64,000 nucleotides of DNA from Candidatus Latescibacterota bacterium. GTDB lineage: Bacteria > Latescibacterota > UBA2968 > UBA8231. A program made the translations under genes and the position numbers. The notes beneath the pieces were generated by a model. It worked only from the letters and a program-made list of their open reading frames with translations. It was not told the DNA's origin and did not search any database. Position 1 is the stretch's first letter; each line of letters opens with the position of its first letter. The stretch is from positions 1,536,001 to 1,600,000 of the forward strand of contig CBDETY010000003.1 of the NCBI GenBank assembly GCA_965243025.1, read 5' to 3'. Positions 25,558-34,738 of this stretch are shown here, piece after piece.

Positions 25558-27464
25558 CCGGAACCGCCCCTGCCGGCCAGGTCGAAGCGGGCATCCAGCC
25601 TGGGGAGATCGACGCTCGCCAGCCGCACCTGAACCACCTCGTTCAAGTCCAGCCCGCTGCCCCCCTGAAGGTCGATCTCCAGGGCGAGATCGGGGATCAC
25701 CGCCACGGCCCGCGAACCGCGGTGATCGACGATAACCGCTTCTCCCTGCCATCCGGACCGTTGCCCCAGCCAGGCGAGGGTCCAGTGGCGGCGGCTCATC
25801 CGCTCCGCCCTTCTCACGGACAAAGCCGGGGATTCTGCAGCACCCATCCTTTCGACGATCTCCGCTTCGCTCAGGGTCGGCTCGCCGCGCAGGTGCAAAC
25901 GCAGCTGCTGGTGGGCGACGAGGTCGAGGTAGCGGCGCAGCGGGCTGGTGACCCTGCTGTAGGCGTCCAGCCCCAGCCCGGCGTGCCGGCCTTTGAAGGC
26001 GGAGGGCCGGGACGGCCGCTGGCGCCTGCGAAGCGCCAGGGCTCCCGCAAGTCCCCACCCGACTCCGGAATCCTCCGAGGTTTCAGCAGGCTCCTGGAGG
26101 ACGAACGGGAACGGCAGCCCGTTGTCGGCGGCGTGCTTCGCAGCCCCCTCTCCGGCGAGAATCATCAGCTCGGCGACAAGCCCGCGGCTGGCCCGGCGGA
26201 TCAGCGGGAAAATGTCGATCGCCGCGGGGCTGGCCCCGGCGTCGGCGCGGATGTCGACTTCCGGCCAGTCGATGGCGACCGCGCCTGCGGCGAGCCTGCG
26301 CCTGGCGGAGCGGTCGGCGATCTCCTTGAGGGCGGCGAGCCCGCCGTTGCCGGTTTCCAGCTGCAGTTCCGCCTCCCCGTAGGTCAGACGGGTGACCCTT
26401 ACGGTGCTCGCGGCGATATCGATCAGGGCGGACTCGCCCGACGGTTCCGTACGCAAGTGAAAGGATAGTGCGGGGGAGCGCTCCTCCAGACCGAGGCCGA
26501 GCCGCTGAATCAGCGTCCCGGGCAGCATCGGAACGGTGAGGTGGGGCATGTACAGGGTTTCCCCGCGGGCGCGCGCCTCCATGTCGAGCTCGCTTCCGCC
26601 GGCAACGGCCGCGGCGACGTCGGCGACATGCACCCAGACGGTGCCGTCGGCCGCGTCGAGGCTGACGGCGTCGTCTGGATGGTCGTTCCCCTCGTCGTCG
26701 ATCGCCCAGGCCTGGAGGTGGGTCAGATCGAGCCGCTGCTCCTCCGGAAGCCGCACCGGGCCCGGATCCGGGGGAGGGGAGAGCAGGGCTCCGCAGCGCT
26801 CCGGACAGGGGAGATCTCCCTCCGTCCAGAAGCCGATCTCCAGCAGCAGGGCATGGGCGTTCTCCGGAGTCTCGCTCCTCTTCAGGGCCCGAAGGGCGCG
26901 GCTGTCGCCGCGGCCGCCCCTGGCCATGCGCACGATTTCAGAGAGGAACCGCTCGTCCTCCTCGATCCAGGTGCGGCCGCCCAGGCGCTCGAGGAATCCC
27001 CCCCAGGCCAGCCGCTCCCGCTCGGCCTCGCGGCGCCGCCGGGTTCCTTCGGCCACCGCCTCTGCCGAACGCGCGCGGATCCGCCGCGGCGTCCCCTCGA
27101 ACCACAGCCCGTCGCTGAGAATCCGCCACGCCGCCCAGGCAGCCGGCGGGGTGAAGCAGCCGTACAGCAGTTCGCAGAGGGTGCGCAGATCGGCTTCTTC
27201 TCCGCTGTCTTCCAGGAGCTCCCGGGCGGTATCGATATCCACGTCCTCGGATTCTCCGCTGGTGTCGAGGGCGGCGAGGCCGCTCGCCGACAGCGGCCCT
27301 GGGTGCAGCTCGGTCACGTCCTTGGGGCGCACCGGGCGGGAACCGCCGTCGACTTCGATCTCGATGCGGTCGCCGGCGGTCTTCTTGACCCTCGCCGGGC
27401 GGTTTCTATACAGTACGAGCGCGTCGAGCGCGGGCTTGTCCGCGGAGGGCTTGACGTCAGGCAT
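25554..27464 (-). CDS. RNB-domain exoribonuclease (RNase II family)
   Basis: AIDDEGNDHPDDAVS catalytic Asp motif, VHVADV, HAGLGLDAYSRVTSPLRRYLDLVAHQQL. Confidence 0.9.
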   Translation of the reverse strand: MPDVKPSADKPALDALVLYRNRPARVKKTAGDRIEIEVDGGSRPVRPKDVTELHPGPLSASGLAALDTSGESEDVDIDTARELLEDSGEEADLRTLCELLYGCFTPPAAWAAWRILSDGLWFEGTPRRIRARSAEAVAEGTRRRREAERERLAWGGFLERLGGRTWIEEDERFLSEIVRMARGGRGDSRALRALKRSETPENAHALLLEIGFWTEGDLPCPERCGALLSPPPDPGPVRLPEEQRLDLTHLQAWAIDDEGNDHPDDAVSLDAADGTVWVHVADVAAAVAGGSELDMEARARGETLYMPHLTVPMLPGTLIQRLGLGLEERSPALSFHLRTEPSGESALIDIAASTVRVTRLTYGEAELQLETGNGGLAALKEIADRSARRRLAAGAVAIDWPEVDIRADAGASPAAIDIFPLIRRASRGLVAELMILAGEGAAKHAADNGLPFPFVLQEPAETSEDSGVGWGLAGALALRRRQRPSRPSAFKGRHAGLGLDAYSRVTSPLRRYLDLVAHQQLRLHLRGEPTLSEAEIVERMGAAESPALSVRRAERMSRRHWTLAWLGQRSGWQGEAVIVDHRGSRAVAVIPDLALEIDLQGGSGLDLNEVVQVRLASVDLPRLDARFDLAGRGGSG

Positions 27465-27528
27465 GGGCAGGGTGGCGGCAGAAGGTAACCTCCGGGCAGC
27501 GAACTCGAAACGATCACGTATCCCGAAA

Positions 27529-29010
27529 ATGGCTACGGTACTGGGAATCGATCAGGGGACCAGCAGCGTCAAGGTCGTCCTCATCGACGAGAGCGGGCGC
27601 GAGCTGGGAAAGCAGAACGCCGGGTATCCCCTGCACAAACCGCGGCCCGGATGGGTCGAGCAGGACCCGGAAGACTGGTGGCGGGCGGCCTGCTCTGCCG
27701 TGCGGTCGCTGCTCGCAGAAACCGGGGCCGATCCGGGCGACGTCGCCGGCGTTGCGCTGTCGGGCCAGATCAACGGCGCCGTGGTTTCGGACGCGTCCGG
27801 GGCCTGCCTGCGCAACTCCCTGATCTGGCTCGACCACCGTTCCGGCGAGGAGTGCCGGTGGGCCGAGGAGCGCGCCGGCGACCTGCTGCGGGACCGCGCC
27901 TTCAGCCGCGTGACCCCGGTCAACTTCCTCGCCAAGCTGTTGTGGCTGCACCGCCACGAGGCCGGCCTCCTGCGCCGGGCTCCCTGCATCCTGCTGCCCA
28001 AGGACTGGCTGCGCCTGCGTCTGACCGGCGTCGCCGCGAGCGAAATCTCCGACGCCTCGGTGACGGCGGCCTTCGACCTGCGGCGCCGGCAGTGGTCGGG
28101 GGAGATCCTCGATGCCCTCGAACTCGACGCCGCCAGGCTTCCGGCCGCGGTCGAATCCACGGATGTGGTCGGCGCCGTCACGCCGCGGGCGGCCGCCGAG
28201 ATCGGCCTGCGCCCGGGCACCCCGGTCTGCGCCGGGGGAGGAGACATACCCTGCATGGTCCTCGGCAGCGGCCTCGTCAGTCCCGGGATCGCGGGGCTGG
28301 GTATCGGGACCGCCGCCCACGCCGTCACCTGCGTCGAGGAGCTGGACCCCGGGGGCGTTGACAAGCTCTGGCCGATGTGCCATCCGGTCCCGGGACTGTA
28401 CGCCTGGCTCGGCTGTTCCTACACCGGAGGGGCCTCTTTCACCTGGGCGAAGGAGGCCCTCGGGATGTCCTCGTACGAGGAGATGACCGCGGCCGCCGAG
28501 ACCGTTCCGGTCGCTTCCGAGGGGCTGTTCTTCATGCCCTGGCTCGAAGGTTCGGCCACCCCGTGCCCCGACCCGGAAGCGCGGGGCGGCTTCATCGGGC
28601 TGACATTGAGCCACGGCCGGCCCGAGATGATCCGCGCCGTGATGGAGGGGGTCGTCTTCGAGCTGCGCAACGTCCTCGAATGCTTTGCCGGAATCGGCAT
28701 TTCCCTGCAGGAGCTGCGCATCGGCGAAGGGGGCTCGCGCTCGGCCTTGTGGAGGCAGATCCAGGCGGATGTCTTCGGACGCGAGCTTCAGGTGATCGAC
28801 ACCGAGGACCTCTCGGCGGTCGGAGCCGCCCTGATCGCCGGAGTCGGCTGCGGCCTTTTCGAGGACTTCGACGACGCCTGCGGGAGAGTAGTGAAGCTGG
28901 GAGAGACGGTCCGTCCGGGAGAGCCGGAAGCTCGTGCCTACGCCGCGGCATTCGCCCGCTACGAGCGCCTGTACCCGACTATGAAGGACTGGTTCCACGG
29001 CGCGCAATGA
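27529..29010 (+). CDS. xylB: FGGY carbohydrate kinase, xylulokinase-like
   Basis: ATG 27529; LGIDQGTSSVK, EQDPEDWW, GGGD, RAVMEGV, GGSRSALWRQIQADV. Confidence 0.85.
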   Translation: MATVLGIDQGTSSVKVVLIDESGRELGKQNAGYPLHKPRPGWVEQDPEDWWRAACSAVRSLLAETGADPGDVAGVALSGQINGAVVSDASGACLRNSLIWLDHRSGEECRWAEERAGDLLRDRAFSRVTPVNFLAKLLWLHRHEAGLLRRAPCILLPKDWLRLRLTGVAASEISDASVTAAFDLRRRQWSGEILDALELDAARLPAAVESTDVVGAVTPRAAAEIGLRPGTPVCAGGGDIPCMVLGSGLVSPGIAGLGIGTAAHAVTCVEELDPGGVDKLWPMCHPVPGLYAWLGCSYTGGASFTWAKEALGMSSYEEMTAAAETVPVASEGLFFMPWLEGSATPCPDPEARGGFIGLTLSHGRPEMIRAVMEGVVFELRNVLECFAGIGISLQELRIGEGGSRSALWRQIQADVFGRELQVIDTEDLSAVGAALIAGVGCGLFEDFDDACGRVVKLGETVRPGEPEARAYAAAFARYERLYPTMKDWFHGAQ

Positions 29011-29017
29011 GGCGGAC

Positions 29018-29275
29018 GTGAACGACAGGGAGAACCGCCCGGACCCACTGGCGCCGGCCGGACTCCTGGCGGAGCCGCGGCGGAAACTACGGGTCTGGCT
29101 GGTGTACGCCCTGCTGCTGGCCCTCGCGATTCCCTGGTACTGGCCGGCGGGGTACCGCGGACCGCTGCTTCTGGGGTTCCCGCTGTGGGTTGCGGCGACG
29201 GTCCTGAGCGTCATCCTCCTGGCGGGCTGGACCTGCTGGGTGATCGCCGCCTGCTGGCGGGACGAGGGGGAGTGA
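29018..29275 (+). CDS. Small two-TM accessory protein of sodium:solute symporter
   Basis: AIPWYWP...LLGFPLWV; sits directly before the SSS gene, as YhdT/DUF3311-type partners do. Confidence 0.75.
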   Translation: MNDRENRPDPLAPAGLLAEPRRKLRVWLVYALLLALAIPWYWPAGYRGPLLLGFPLWVAATVLSVILLAGWTCWVIAACWRDEGE

Positions 29276-29278
29276 AGG

Positions 29279-30751
29279 ATGGTTCCGGCGGATCCGCCCG
29301 TTTTCGGCCCGGGGGCCCTCGCCGCGGTCGCCCTCTACCTGCTGTCGATGATCGGCATCGGCTGGTGGGGCAGGCGGCAGCGCCGCGGCGACAGTCTCGC
29401 CGACTTCTACCTCGCCGGCCGCTCCCTCGGGTTCGCCGTGCTGTTCCTCACCTTGTACGCGACCCAGTACAGCGGCAACACCCTGTTCGGGTATCCGGGC
29501 AAGTCGTACCGCATCGGCTTCGACTGGACCGTCTCGCTCCTTTTCATGTTCGCCATCATCCCGGGGTACCTGCTGTTCGCGCCCCGTCTCGTCGCCCTGG
29601 CGCGCCGACGGGATTTCATCACCCCGGGAGATTACATCTCCTTCCGCTTCGGTTCCCGCTCCCTGACCCTGCTCAGCACCCTGATGATGGTCTACGCCCT
29701 CGCCAACTACACCCTGGCGCAGCTCAAGGCGATGGGAGCGGCGGTCGAAGGGCTGACCGACGGCGCCGTCCCTTCCGCGTACGGGATCGTCGCCCTGGCC
29801 CTGATCATGGTGGTGTACGAGACCCTCGGGGGCATGCGCAGCGTCGCCTGGACCGACGTCATCCAGGGGATCGTGCTGCTGACCGGGTTCGCGGTCCTGC
29901 TCTTCATGGTTCCCGGACTCGGGGGCGGGTTCTCCGCCGTTGTGGAACGGCTGTCCGCCGCCGACCCCGCCAAGGTCGAGGCCCCGCCCCTGCGCCAGTG
30001 CGCCACCTGGCTCAGCTACGTCCTGCTGGTCGGCGCCGGCGCCGCCATCTACCCGCAGGCGATCCAGCGCCTCTACTCCGCCGGATCGGTCGCCGGGCTC
30101 AAGCGCGCCCTGTCGCTGATGGCCTTCATGCCCCTGACCACCACCCTGATCGCCCTGGTCTGCGGGGTCACCGGGGCGGTCGTCCTGCCCGGCCTCGAAG
30201 GGGCCGCCGCCGACCAGCTGCTGCCGCGGCTCTGCGCCGTCATCATGAGTCAGTCCGCCTTCGGGTACTGGCTGGTCGCCCTGGTGTTCGCCGCGGCCCT
30301 GGCCGCCCTGATGTCGACCGCGGACTCGGCGCTGCTGTCGATCTCGTCGATCTTCACCCGCAACGTCTACCAGGCCCATATCCGCCCCGGCGCCGGCCAG
30401 GCCGAGCTCACCCGGGTCGGCAAGCTCTGCTCCTGGGCGATCGTGGCGATTCTCGTGGTCGTCGCCATCGGCACCGAGAAAACCCTGATCCGGCTGCTGG
30501 AGCTGAAGTTCGAAGTGCTGATCCAGATCGCCCCCTGCTTCTTCCTCGGCCTCTACTGGCCGCGGCTCGGCGCGTCCACTGTTCTGGCCGGAATGATCGC
30601 CGGACTCGGGTTCGGACTGGGGGCGACCCTGCTCGGCCACGCCCGTATCCTGGGATTTCACGCCGGGGTAGTCGGCCTCGGGGTGAACCTCATCGTCTGC
30701 GCCGCCGGCTGCGCCGGCTCGCGCCTGTCCGAAAGGAGAATTGCCGCGTGA
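29279..30751 (+). CDS. Sodium:solute symporter (PanF-like)
   Basis: DFYLAGRSLG, ATQYSGNT, GGMRSVAWTDVIQG, AALMSTADS; about 13 TM. Confidence 0.9.
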   Translation: MVPADPPVFGPGALAAVALYLLSMIGIGWWGRRQRRGDSLADFYLAGRSLGFAVLFLTLYATQYSGNTLFGYPGKSYRIGFDWTVSLLFMFAIIPGYLLFAPRLVALARRRDFITPGDYISFRFGSRSLTLLSTLMMVYALANYTLAQLKAMGAAVEGLTDGAVPSAYGIVALALIMVVYETLGGMRSVAWTDVIQGIVLLTGFAVLLFMVPGLGGGFSAVVERLSAADPAKVEAPPLRQCATWLSYVLLVGAGAAIYPQAIQRLYSAGSVAGLKRALSLMAFMPLTTTLIALVCGVTGAVVLPGLEGAAADQLLPRLCAVIMSQSAFGYWLVALVFAAALAALMSTADSALLSISSIFTRNVYQAHIRPGAGQAELTRVGKLCSWAIVAILVVVAIGTEKTLIRLLELKFEVLIQIAPCFFLGLYWPRLGASTVLAGMIAGLGFGLGATLLGHARILGFHAGVVGLGVNLIVCAAGCAGSRLSERRIAA

Positions 30752-31857
30752 AGATCACCTCGGTCGACATCTGGACGGTGGTGGTGCCGACGATCCCCGG
30801 CAGGGTGCACAGCCCGGAGTGGGTGCCCGAGACCGGCTGGGACCGGGTTCCAAAGCAGATCCTGCGGATCAACACCGGCACCGAGCTCGCCGGCATCGGG
30901 GAGACCGGCCGCGGCACGGAAGCGGCAACCGTCGTTGCCGGAGCCGCCCGGCTCGTCGGCCGCGACCCGGAGTCGCTCACGCTGCGGGACATCTTCGGCG
31001 AACCCGCAGACGGTTCCGAGGAGATGCTGGAGACCGCCGCCGGGGAGGCGTACGAGGCCTTCGAGACGGCGGTGCTCGATCTGGTCGGCCGCATGCGCGG
31101 GCTGCCGCTGCACGCCCTGCTCGGAGGCGCCGTGCGCGGGCGTGTGCGCGCCGACTACTGGATGGGCCACCAGACCCCCGAGGACGGCCGGCGGACGGTC
31201 GAGCGCGCCCTCGAGCACGGGTTCAGGGGCGTCAAGATCAAGTGCCGCATCGAGGAGCCGATGGTCGAGCGGCTGCGGGCGATGCTCGAGGTCGCAGGTC
31301 CGGAGTTCAAGGTGACCGTCGATCCGAACGAGCGCTTCCACACCGCCGAACAGACGATCGCCCTCGCCGGGGAGCTGGCCCCGCTGGGCAACGTCGAGGT
31401 CTTCGAGGATCCGATCCCCAAGGCCGATACCGAGGGGTACGCCCGGATCCACGAGGAGATCGGCCTGCCGCTGGCGATGCACCTCGGAGACCCGGGGCAG
31501 GTGCTGGCGGCCCTGAAGGGGGATCTCGTCGACTGCTTCAACCTCAACGGCGGCCCCGTCGGATTCATGCGCAACGCCGCGGTGGCCGAGGCCGGCGGCA
31601 TGCGCTGCTGGCACGGGTCGGGGAACGACCTCGGCATCGTCGACACCTGCTACGTCCACTGCGCGGCGCTGGCCCCGAACTGCACAATGGCATCCGATTT
31701 CGTCGGCTCCTGGACGCGGGAGGACGACCTTATTCTCGAGCCGATCCCCTTCCGGGACGGTTTCGTTCCGGTGCCGTCGCAACCGGGGCTCGGGTGCGAC
31801 CTCGACCTGGCGGCCCTCGAGCGCTACTGCCTGGCTCACCAGGTGGTGACTCCGTAG
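30748..31857 (+). CDS. Mandelate racemase/muconate lactonizing enzyme family protein
   Basis: GTGA overlap with AAGGAG RBS; KIK, VDPN, FEDP, PGLGCDLD. Confidence 0.85.
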   Translation: MKITSVDIWTVVVPTIPGRVHSPEWVPETGWDRVPKQILRINTGTELAGIGETGRGTEAATVVAGAARLVGRDPESLTLRDIFGEPADGSEEMLETAAGEAYEAFETAVLDLVGRMRGLPLHALLGGAVRGRVRADYWMGHQTPEDGRRTVERALEHGFRGVKIKCRIEEPMVERLRAMLEVAGPEFKVTVDPNERFHTAEQTIALAGELAPLGNVEVFEDPIPKADTEGYARIHEEIGLPLAMHLGDPGQVLAALKGDLVDCFNLNGGPVGFMRNAAVAEAGGMRCWHGSGNDLGIVDTCYVHCAALAPNCTMASDFVGSWTREDDLILEPIPFRDGFVPVPSQPGLGCDLDLAALERYCLAHQVVTP

Positions 31858-31875
31858 GCAGGGAAGAGCACGCAG

Positions 31876-32448
31876 ATGGCGGGAACATCGGATCGGGACG
31901 GCTTGCGGGCCTGCGGTTTGCGGGTCCTGGCAGCGGGCGCGGCGATCGCCGCCTGCCTCGCAGCCCCGGCCTGCGACCGCGGCCTCGAAGCCGAACCTCC
32001 CCTCACCGGCATCTCCGGCACCGTGACGTTCCGGGGGGAGTGGACGGAGGATATCGGCGAGGTAGCCGTAGCCGTGTACCGCGACCTGCCCGAGGAGCCG
32101 GCGGACCTGTTCGGTCTCAGCGGCACCGACCAGGACGTCCCCCTCGGAAGCCGCAGCTACGAGTACTTCGTGCCCCTCGAAAGGGAAGGGGTGTACAGCT
32201 GGATCATCGTCGCCTGGCGGCGGCCCGACGCCTTCTGGGACTTCACCTCTCTCCTCGGGTGCTACCACGTGGAAGGGGATTCGCTTCCCGGGGCGGTCGA
32301 AGTTTCTCCCGGCCGCGTCACCAGCGGCATCGACTTCACCGTCGACCTCGGCCTGGTCGCCGATCCTCCGGAGCTCGGTTCCACTGTCTGCTCGGCGGTG
32401 CTGCCCCGGGCCCTGATCGAGGCCGTCCGGGAAGGATCGCAGGGATGA
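31876..32448 (+). CDS. Hypothetical lipoprotein coupled to TonB-dependent receptor
   Basis: Signal peptide ending APAC; beta-rich mature part; ATGA overlap with the receptor gene. Confidence 0.7.
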   Translation: MAGTSDRDGLRACGLRVLAAGAAIAACLAAPACDRGLEAEPPLTGISGTVTFRGEWTEDIGEVAVAVYRDLPEEPADLFGLSGTDQDVPLGSRSYEYFVPLEREGVYSWIIVAWRRPDAFWDFTSLLGCYHVEGDSLPGAVEVSPGRVTSGIDFTVDLGLVADPPELGSTVCSAVLPRALIEAVREGSQG

Positions 32449-34724
32449 CCCCCCGTCTCCTTCTACAGGCGCTGCTGGCGAGCAGCCTGCTTGCGTCCGC
32501 CTTTGCGGCCCCGGGGACCGGCGCCGAGATCAGCGGGCGGGTTGCGGCGGCAGGCGACAGCACCGCCCTCGCCGGGGCGACCGTGTACCTGGAAAGGACC
32601 GGGCAGGGTTCACTTGCAGGGGAGGGAGGCAGCTTCCGGTTCGCGGCCGAGCCGGGGAGGCAGCTTCTCATCGTCTCTTTTGTCGGCTACTTCACCCGCA
32701 CCGTTTCCATCGAGATCGGGGAAGGGGAATCACTCGATCTCGGCAGCATTCTCCTCGAGGAGTCGGCGGTGGAGCTGCCCGGAGTCGTGGTTACCGCGAC
32801 CCGGAGGCCGCAGCCGTTCGCCGAGGCGCCGGTCAGCATGTCGGTGACCGGCCGCCGCGAGCTTTCCGGTTTCAACTCCTTCAGCCTGTCCGGGCCGCTG
32901 CGCCATCTGCCCGGTGTCACCCAGGTCGGAAGCCAGGTCAGCATTCGCGGGTCGAGCGGGTACAGCCGCGGCACCGGCAGCCGCGTGCTGCTGCTTTTCG
33001 ACGGGGTCCCGGCGCTTTCCGCCGATCAGGGGGACATCAAGTGGGACATCATCCCGGTCACCGAGGTGGAGCGGGTCGAGCTGATCAAGGGGGCGGGCTC
33101 GGCCATGTACGGGACCGGCGCCCTCGGCGGCGTCATAAACGTGCTGACCCGCTCCCCCTCGGAGCTTCCCGAGACCCGCTTCCGCCTCGTCAGCGGCCTC
33201 CACGACCAGCCGGCGCACCCCTCCTGGAAGTGGCGGGACCTGATGTACCTCGGCGGCGTCGACGTCAGCCGTTCCGGCACGACCGCCGCCGGCGGCTACC
33301 TCGTCTCGGCGGGCCACAAGCGCGGCACCGGGTACCGCGAGAACAGCGAGTCGACCCGCTACAACCTGTTCGCCAAGGGGACGCGCCAGCTCGGCAGGCA
33401 TACCCGCTGGACCGGCCTGGCCAACTGGGCCCGGGACGATCACGAGGTCTTCCTCCAGTGGAAGGACCGCGCCGCCCCGCTGCTGGTGCCGGAAGGGGAC
33501 CGCGGGGCCGCCACGGTCTCCTGGAAGCTCAACCTCAACACCGAGGTGACCCACCTGGTGAACCCGGGGACCAACCTGCGGTGGCGGGGGTTCTACTTCC
33601 GCACCGACTTCGACAACACCCGGGCCGCCGGCGGCCTGGCCTCGGCGGGCCACAAGATCGGCACCGAGCTGCAGCTCGACCTCGGAGAACGGCTCGGCAG
33701 CCGCGGGGTCATCGTCGGCGCCACCGGGATCTACGACCTGGCGCGGTCCCCCGGCGATTTCCTCGGCGAGCGCACCGTGCTCAACACGGCGCTGTACGCC
33801 CAGAACGCGGTGGACTTCCGGGACCTCGAGCTCACCCTCGGCATGCGCGCCGACCTTCACCGCCGCGGGGCGGGAAAGGCCCCGGAAGCAGGGGGACCGT
33901 GCGGGTCCGCAACCGGCAACGGCCGCATCCCCGCCCACACGGAAGCCCAGTTCAGCCCCCAGGCAGGGCTGTCCTGGAAAACGGCCCCCGGCGCCATCCG
34001 GCTCTCGGCCGGCCGCGGCTTCCGGGCCCCCTCGGTCACCGAGATCCACGTCCAGGCCGACGCCTCCGGAATCCTCGTCTGCCCGAACCCCGACCTCGCC
34101 TCGGAGCACAGCTGGTCGTACGAGGCGGGAATCAGGCGGGTTATCGGAGGGGCACTGGCCATCGACGCCGCCCTGTTCTGGAACGAGTTCGAAGGCCTGA
34201 TCGAAGCCAGGCCCGAACCGACCTCCTCGGTCGTCCCGAGGGCCAGCTTCCGCAACATCTCCAGGGCCCGCATTCGCGGGCTGGAGCTCGAGCAGCAGCT
34301 GGCGCTTCCGTTCGGGGCGCTATGGAAGGGCTCCTACACCTGGGTCGACGCGGTGGAGTTCCTCGCCGAGGGGGTACCGCTGCCGCCGTACTGCCACGAC
34401 GACCTGCATCCGGGCGAGACCGCGCCGCTTCCGTACCGGTCCCGGCATTCCGTCAACTCGAGCCTGGGCATGGCCAGGGGGGCGAGCCGCGGCGGTCTCA
34501 GCTTCCGCTACATGAGCCGCTTCGAGCGGGTCTCGGGCCTGTTCGCCGAGTGCCGCCGCGACCACCTGCCGGTATACCTCGTCGACGCCTTCGTCGAGCG
34601 CCGGATCGGGCCGGCGACCCTCACCCTCCGCGTCGACAACCTGTTGCGCTACCACTACATCCTGTCCGAGCGCGAGATGCGCCCCATGCGCCGGGTGACG
34701 GCGGCGATCTCGGGGACCCTGTAG
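32445..34724 (+). CDS. TonB-dependent receptor with N-terminal carboxypeptidase-regulatory-like domain
   Basis: Signal peptide; VVVTATR TonB box, SIRG, VERVELIKGAGSAMYGTGALGGVINV plug, GFRAPS, NPDLASE. Confidence 0.92.
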   Translation: MTPRLLLQALLASSLLASAFAAPGTGAEISGRVAAAGDSTALAGATVYLERTGQGSLAGEGGSFRFAAEPGRQLLIVSFVGYFTRTVSIEIGEGESLDLGSILLEESAVELPGVVVTATRRPQPFAEAPVSMSVTGRRELSGFNSFSLSGPLRHLPGVTQVGSQVSIRGSSGYSRGTGSRVLLLFDGVPALSADQGDIKWDIIPVTEVERVELIKGAGSAMYGTGALGGVINVLTRSPSELPETRFRLVSGLHDQPAHPSWKWRDLMYLGGVDVSRSGTTAAGGYLVSAGHKRGTGYRENSESTRYNLFAKGTRQLGRHTRWTGLANWARDDHEVFLQWKDRAAPLLVPEGDRGAATVSWKLNLNTEVTHLVNPGTNLRWRGFYFRTDFDNTRAAGGLASAGHKIGTELQLDLGERLGSRGVIVGATGIYDLARSPGDFLGERTVLNTALYAQNAVDFRDLELTLGMRADLHRRGAGKAPEAGGPCGSATGNGRIPAHTEAQFSPQAGLSWKTAPGAIRLSAGRGFRAPSVTEIHVQADASGILVCPNPDLASEHSWSYEAGIRRVIGGALAIDAALFWNEFEGLIEARPEPTSSVVPRASFRNISRARIRGLELEQQLALPFGALWKGSYTWVDAVEFLAEGVPLPPYCHDDLHPGETAPLPYRSRHSVNSSLGMARGASRGGLSFRYMSRFERVSGLFAECRRDHLPVYLVDAFVERRIGPATLTLRVDNLLRYHYILSEREMRPMRRVTAAISGTL

Positions 34725-34738
34725 GGCCTGACGCCCGC